From contig CAVOOG010000002.1 in assembly GCA_963697475.1 (NCBI GenBank), positions 3,038-67,037 of the forward strand: a stretch of 64,000 nt of DNA, read 5' to 3'. Every line of letters starts with the position of its first letter. Positions within the stretch are counted from its first letter, which is position 1. A program made the translations under genes and the position numbers. The stretch comes from an uncultured Actinomycetota bacterium. GTDB lineage: Bacteria > Actinomycetota > Actinomycetes > Mycobacteriales > Mycobacteriaceae. This document shows positions 60,594-64,000 of the stretch, in pieces. The notes beneath the pieces are model-generated. The model searched no databases. It was not told the DNA's origin and was given only the letters and a program-made list of their open reading frames with translations.

Positions 60594-61008
60594 CCGTCAC
60601 GGTCGCACCCGGCTCGGTCGTGTGGGTCACCCTCGATCCCACCGAGGGACGCGAGCAAGCCGGCCGCCGGCCCGCCGTGGTCGTGGCCTCCCTTGGCTAC
60701 TTGGCGGCAGTTACCGAATTGGCCATCGTCGTTCCCGCGACGACCTCCGACCGCGGATGGCCGCAGCACGTACAACTCACCGGAGCGGCACTCACCCTTC
60801 CCCGGCCGACCTTCGCCATGACGGAACAGCCGCGCACCCTCAGCAGGCAGCGCATAGCCAGCGTCGCCGGAAGCGTCGACAGCACCTGCCTGGCCTCGAT
60901 ACGCCGCTGGCTCGACGACTTCCTGCACGACCCTCATTAGTCACAGTGACGAAAACGGAGACCTCGGAGTGGATTCCATCGATGTCGGCACATTTCTTCA
61001 CCGACGCC
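60480..61008 (+). repeat. 529-bp direct repeat, copy 2
   Basis: Matches 55442-55970. Confidence 0.9.
60590..60940 (+). CDS. mazF: MazF/PemK toxin, copy 2
   Basis: Protein identical to 55552-55902. Confidence 0.9.
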   Translation: MTVTVAPGSVVWVTLDPTEGREQAGRRPAVVVASLGYLAAVTELAIVVPATTSDRGWPQHVQLTGAALTLPRPTFAMTEQPRTLSRQRIASVAGSVDSTCLASIRRWLDDFLHDPH

Positions 61009-61137
61009 GCGTCACTCTCACCTTTTCTCAATGTGTGTTTCCGCGGGCATAAGGCCGATCCTTACCTGCGGAGCAGGTCAGATACAGCGCCCCAGAAAAT
61101 TACCGCTGTTGCCATCCAACGACGTCATCGGCGTGAC

Positions 61138-61840
61138 TCAGCGCAGAAGGGGGGCCAGGCGTGGGTCCTGCCACCACCGCTGCCCCAGCACGGCGGTGGC
61201 CGTCCACAGCGACACCAGGGGTACCGCCGGGCCTTGCATACGCACCGGCGGTTGCCCGTCGCTGGTGGCCAGTGTGAGCGTCCAGCTGTCCAGCTCCGGG
61301 TAGTAACCGGTGATATCGCCGTACCAGAGGCTTGCCAGGCCTGACCCGCCGTCCCAGATCAGACGGTCGGTGGTGCTCCACAGATGGACGCTTTGGTGGC
61401 CGCGCCAGCGGGGCTGGGCATCACGGCGCGCGGCGACCTTGCGGCGCCGGTTGATGGCGGCGTTCACCGCCAGCGCTCCCACCATCACCGCCGGGCGGCC
61501 GACGACGAAGTAGTCGCTTCGTGCGTACGTTCCGTCACCCGCCGTAGAGGAAACTCAGGGTCACGTCGGCTTCGAGTAGCCCGTGTTCGTCCTCGCCGAG
61601 GAGGGGGCCGAAGATGGCGATTTCCGGCGGATTGTGACCGGCAAGGAAGGCCTTGGCGCTGTGGCGTGCGTGGTTCCACCACCACTGCCACGGATCGCGT
61701 ACTGTCTGCACAGTCCCCCGCTGTTCGGAGCGAGGAGGTTGGGGCATGCGCGGTGCCGCCGCAGGCGACGGTGCTGCCGGTAGCACGCAAAGATCATCGC
61801 TCGACCCTGCGGGGCCGGTTCGGAGCTGCTCGTCCCACCA
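61138..61840 (-). pseudogene. Frameshifted hypothetical protein
   Basis: ...TLSFLYGG and DGTYARSDYFVVGRPAVMVGALAVN join if one G near 61540 is removed. Confidence 0.5.
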
Positions 61841-62229
61841 CATGTGCCCAGTATCGAGCAGCGGTCCGACAGATAGCGACGCGGCAAGCGTGTCGGAACG
61901 AGCGCCCGCCGAGTGTTGATGTGCCCGCACGTTCGTCGAATCCGCCGGCGCGTCGTCGGTCGCCCGTAACGGCGCCGAGGATCTCGTCTGGGCCAAGAGT
62001 CAGGCGTTGGATGCGATCGCCGAGGCTGAGGAGGCGCAATTCGCTGTCGGGAAGACCTTTCGGTCACCGACCGGTCGATGGTCCCTCTGCTTCTTCGCGG
62101 GGCGCAGGAGGCCCGGCTGGCGCAGGCGCAGGAGTTGGCCGCGCAGATCGGTTCCCAGGCGCAGCATCTCGCCGCGATCGACAAGACGATCGCCGGCAAG
62201 ATCACCGCTGCGGTTGCCCCGCTCCGCGA

Positions 62230-62449
62230 GCCATCGGGGCCGGCACCGACGTCGCGATCGAGACCGCCGACCTTGTCCCGATGCGCTCCGACCCCCTCGA
62301 TGTTCCCATTGCGTTGCGCATCGGCCGGGGAACCTTGCGCAAGATGCGTCAGAACCTGGGGTGGGTCGTGGGCTACAACGTGATCGCACTCCCGATCGCC
62401 GCTGGCGTCTTCCAGCCTGCCTTCGGACTGGTGCTGCGCCCGGAGATAG
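62230..62449 (+). pseudogene. C-terminal fragment of a heavy-metal P-type ATPase
   Basis: AIGAGTDVAIETADLV...RKMRQNLGWVVGYNVIALPIAAG. Confidence 0.85.
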
Positions 62450-62704
62450 GTGAGAACCCCGAAACCCTGATCAGCCAGGGCTTGGCGGGTTCAGGCCACA
62501 GCGTCTGCGAAGGGGGTGGGCAATGAGGTCGAGATAGCAATGGACATGGGAGCTAGCTTCCCCGAAGCTCGCGCCGACCTCCTGGACTATGGGCTGGAAG
62601 GACCGTTCTTTATCGAATCTTCACAGAACGACTAAGACAGCCCTACGCAACGCCGCAAGGCTGGCAGGTGAAGATCGACAGGTTGATCCACGAAAGGAAC
62701 TGTT

Positions 62705-63499
62705 GTGAACAAGACAAGGACTGTGGTGACCGGGGTGGCTGCGCTGGCCGCGGTGGCCGCCCTCGGGGCGTGTAGCAACTCGGCGACCAAAGAGGCGACG
62801 TCGTCCTCGGCTTCGTCCTCGGCTTCGTCGTCGACCCAGACGTCGTCGACGGCGCCGGCGGTCGCGCATAACCAGGCCGATATGCAGTTCGCGCGCATGA
62901 TGCTCCCGCATCATCGGCAGGCGGTTCAGATGAGCGACATGATTCTGGCCAAGCAGGGCATCGACCCGCGGGTGGTGAACTTGGCCAAGCAAATCAAGGC
63001 CGCCCAAGGCCCGGAGATCGAGCAGATGCAAGGCTGGCTGAATCAGTGGGGCATTCCCGGCATGCCGGGAATGAACGGTATGCCCGGGATGGGCGAGACG
63101 CCGGGGAACATGCCGTCGGATCACGGTGGCATGCACGGCTCCGACACCGCTGCCGCATCACCCACGACCACGATGATGCCCAGTGGGTCGATGATGCCCA
63201 GTGGGTCGATGATGCCCAGTGGGTCGATGATGCCAGGCATGCCAGGAATGGATGACATGCCCGGTATGGAGGGGATGATGTCGCAGGCCGATATGGATGC
63301 GCTGCAGAACGCCCGGGGGGTCGAGGCCAGCAAGCTGTTCTTGACCCAGATGATCAAGCACCACCAGGGCGCAATCACTATGGCGCAGAACGAGATCAAG
63401 AACGGCCAGTTCCCTGACGCTGTCGCGCTGGCCAAGTCGATCGCCAGCAGCCAGCAGAAGGAGATCGACACCATGAACCAGATCCTCAGCTCACTGTAG
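62705..63499 (+). CDS. DUF305 Met-rich lipoprotein (copper-resistance associated)
   Basis: Lipobox LGACS; FARMMLPHHRQAV and FLTQMIKHHQGAI; Met-rich linker. Confidence 0.9.
   Translation: MNKTRTVVTGVAALAAVAALGACSNSATKEATSSSASSSASSSTQTSSTAPAVAHNQADMQFARMMLPHHRQAVQMSDMILAKQGIDPRVVNLAKQIKAAQGPEIEQMQGWLNQWGIPGMPGMNGMPGMGETPGNMPSDHGGMHGSDTAAASPTTTMMPSGSMMPSGSMMPSGSMMPGMPGMDDMPGMEGMMSQADMDALQNARGVEASKLFLTQMIKHHQGAITMAQNEIKNGQFPDAVALAKSIASSQQKEIDTMNQILSSL
63173..63234 (+). repeat. 18-bp coding tandem repeat x3.4 (MMPSGS)
   Basis: ATGATGCCCAGTGGGTCG repeated. Confidence 0.9.
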
Positions 63500-63509
63500 G
63501 AAAGTCCTA

Positions 63510-63740
63510 ATGTCGTAGACCAACACGTATAAGGTCCGGGGAATGACGTGTGAGCATTGCGCACGTTCGGTGACTGCCGAACTCCAGACGCTGGACACTG
63601 TCACCAGCGTGACAGTCGACGTTGTCCCGCAAGGCGATTCAGCGGTCACCGTGACCAGCTTCGCTGACCTGCCGCAGAACTCGGTGCGCGACGCGGTCGA
63701 GCGCGCCGGTTACCAATTGGTCGGGGCGCCGACGCGCTGA
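63510..63740 (+). pseudogene. copZ: CopZ/HMA metallochaperone with nonsense at codon 3
   Basis: ATG TCG TAG ACC AAC...GMTCEHCARSV...AVERAGY. Confidence 0.8.
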
Positions 63741-64000
63741 CCGTAATCGCGCGCCGCTGCCGGCCCAAGGATCGGCACCGCGACGATGAACGTGGTTCCC
63801 TGACCCGGCCCGCGGCTGGCCGCACTGATGTGGCCGCCGTGGGCCTCGGTGAGCGCCTTGACGATGGCCAGGCCGATGCCGGAGCTTCCCCGCCCACGGT
63901 CGCGGGCGGAGTCGGCGCGATAGAAGCGCTCGAAGACGTGTGGGAGATGCTCAGCCGCGATGCCATCACCGTCGTCGGCGACGGTGAACGCAACCTCGCC
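63710..64000 (-). CDS. Sensor histidine kinase, C-terminal HATPase part (runs off window edge)
   Basis: Manual translation VADDGDGIAAEHLPHVFERFYRADSAR...SGIGLAIVKALTEAHGG...GTTF. Confidence 0.9.
   Translation of the reverse strand, partial: GEVAFTVADDGDGIAAEHLPHVFERFYRADSARDRGRGSSGIGLAIVKALTEAHGGHISAASRGPGQGTTFIVAVPILGPAAARDYGQRVGAPTNW

Noticed and set aside
62000-62229. WXG-like helical fragment (AQAQELAAQIGSQAQHLAAIDKTIAGKI)
   Set aside because: Short and fused to the ATPase fragment; family not supportable by eye

Overview
High-GC actinobacterial DNA, almost certainly Mycobacterium/Mycolicibacterium (antigen 85, FadD fatty acyl-AMP ligases, cutinase, type VII substrate remnants, leaderless TANNNT promoters). 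The whole window is accessory DNA (genomic island or large plasmid), a heavily eroded mosaic with no core housekeeping genes. Left to right: cutinase, an HTH-less Crp, FKBP and an IS3-disrupted meta-cleavage operon; FAAL plus antigen 85; toxin-antitoxin (TA) modules, a Ca/Na antiporter, glgP, and an IEP-deleted group II intron abutting fadD31; a five-gene defence-like cluster (YeeA/MmeI-like methylase, YeeB-like helicase, T5orf172 GIY-YIG nuclease, RloC-like Zn-hook ATPase, nuclease-fold protein) behind a tyrosine-recombinase/Xre/Zn-finger trio ending in a dif-like site; CapA, archease-RtcB, transglutaminase-Anbu; IS1380; a foreign glgA plus two GH57 genes; TnpB, ISL3 and IS3 remnants; a dense TA cluster including an IS-OrfA/antitoxin fusion; and a decayed copper-resistance cluster. 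The most notable unexplained signal is three sites (about 9.76, 11.67 and 20.72 kb) that match both flanks of the intact dif-like site at 33.5 kb but lack its 22-bp core. Family assignments come from motif recognition by eye; no searches were run.
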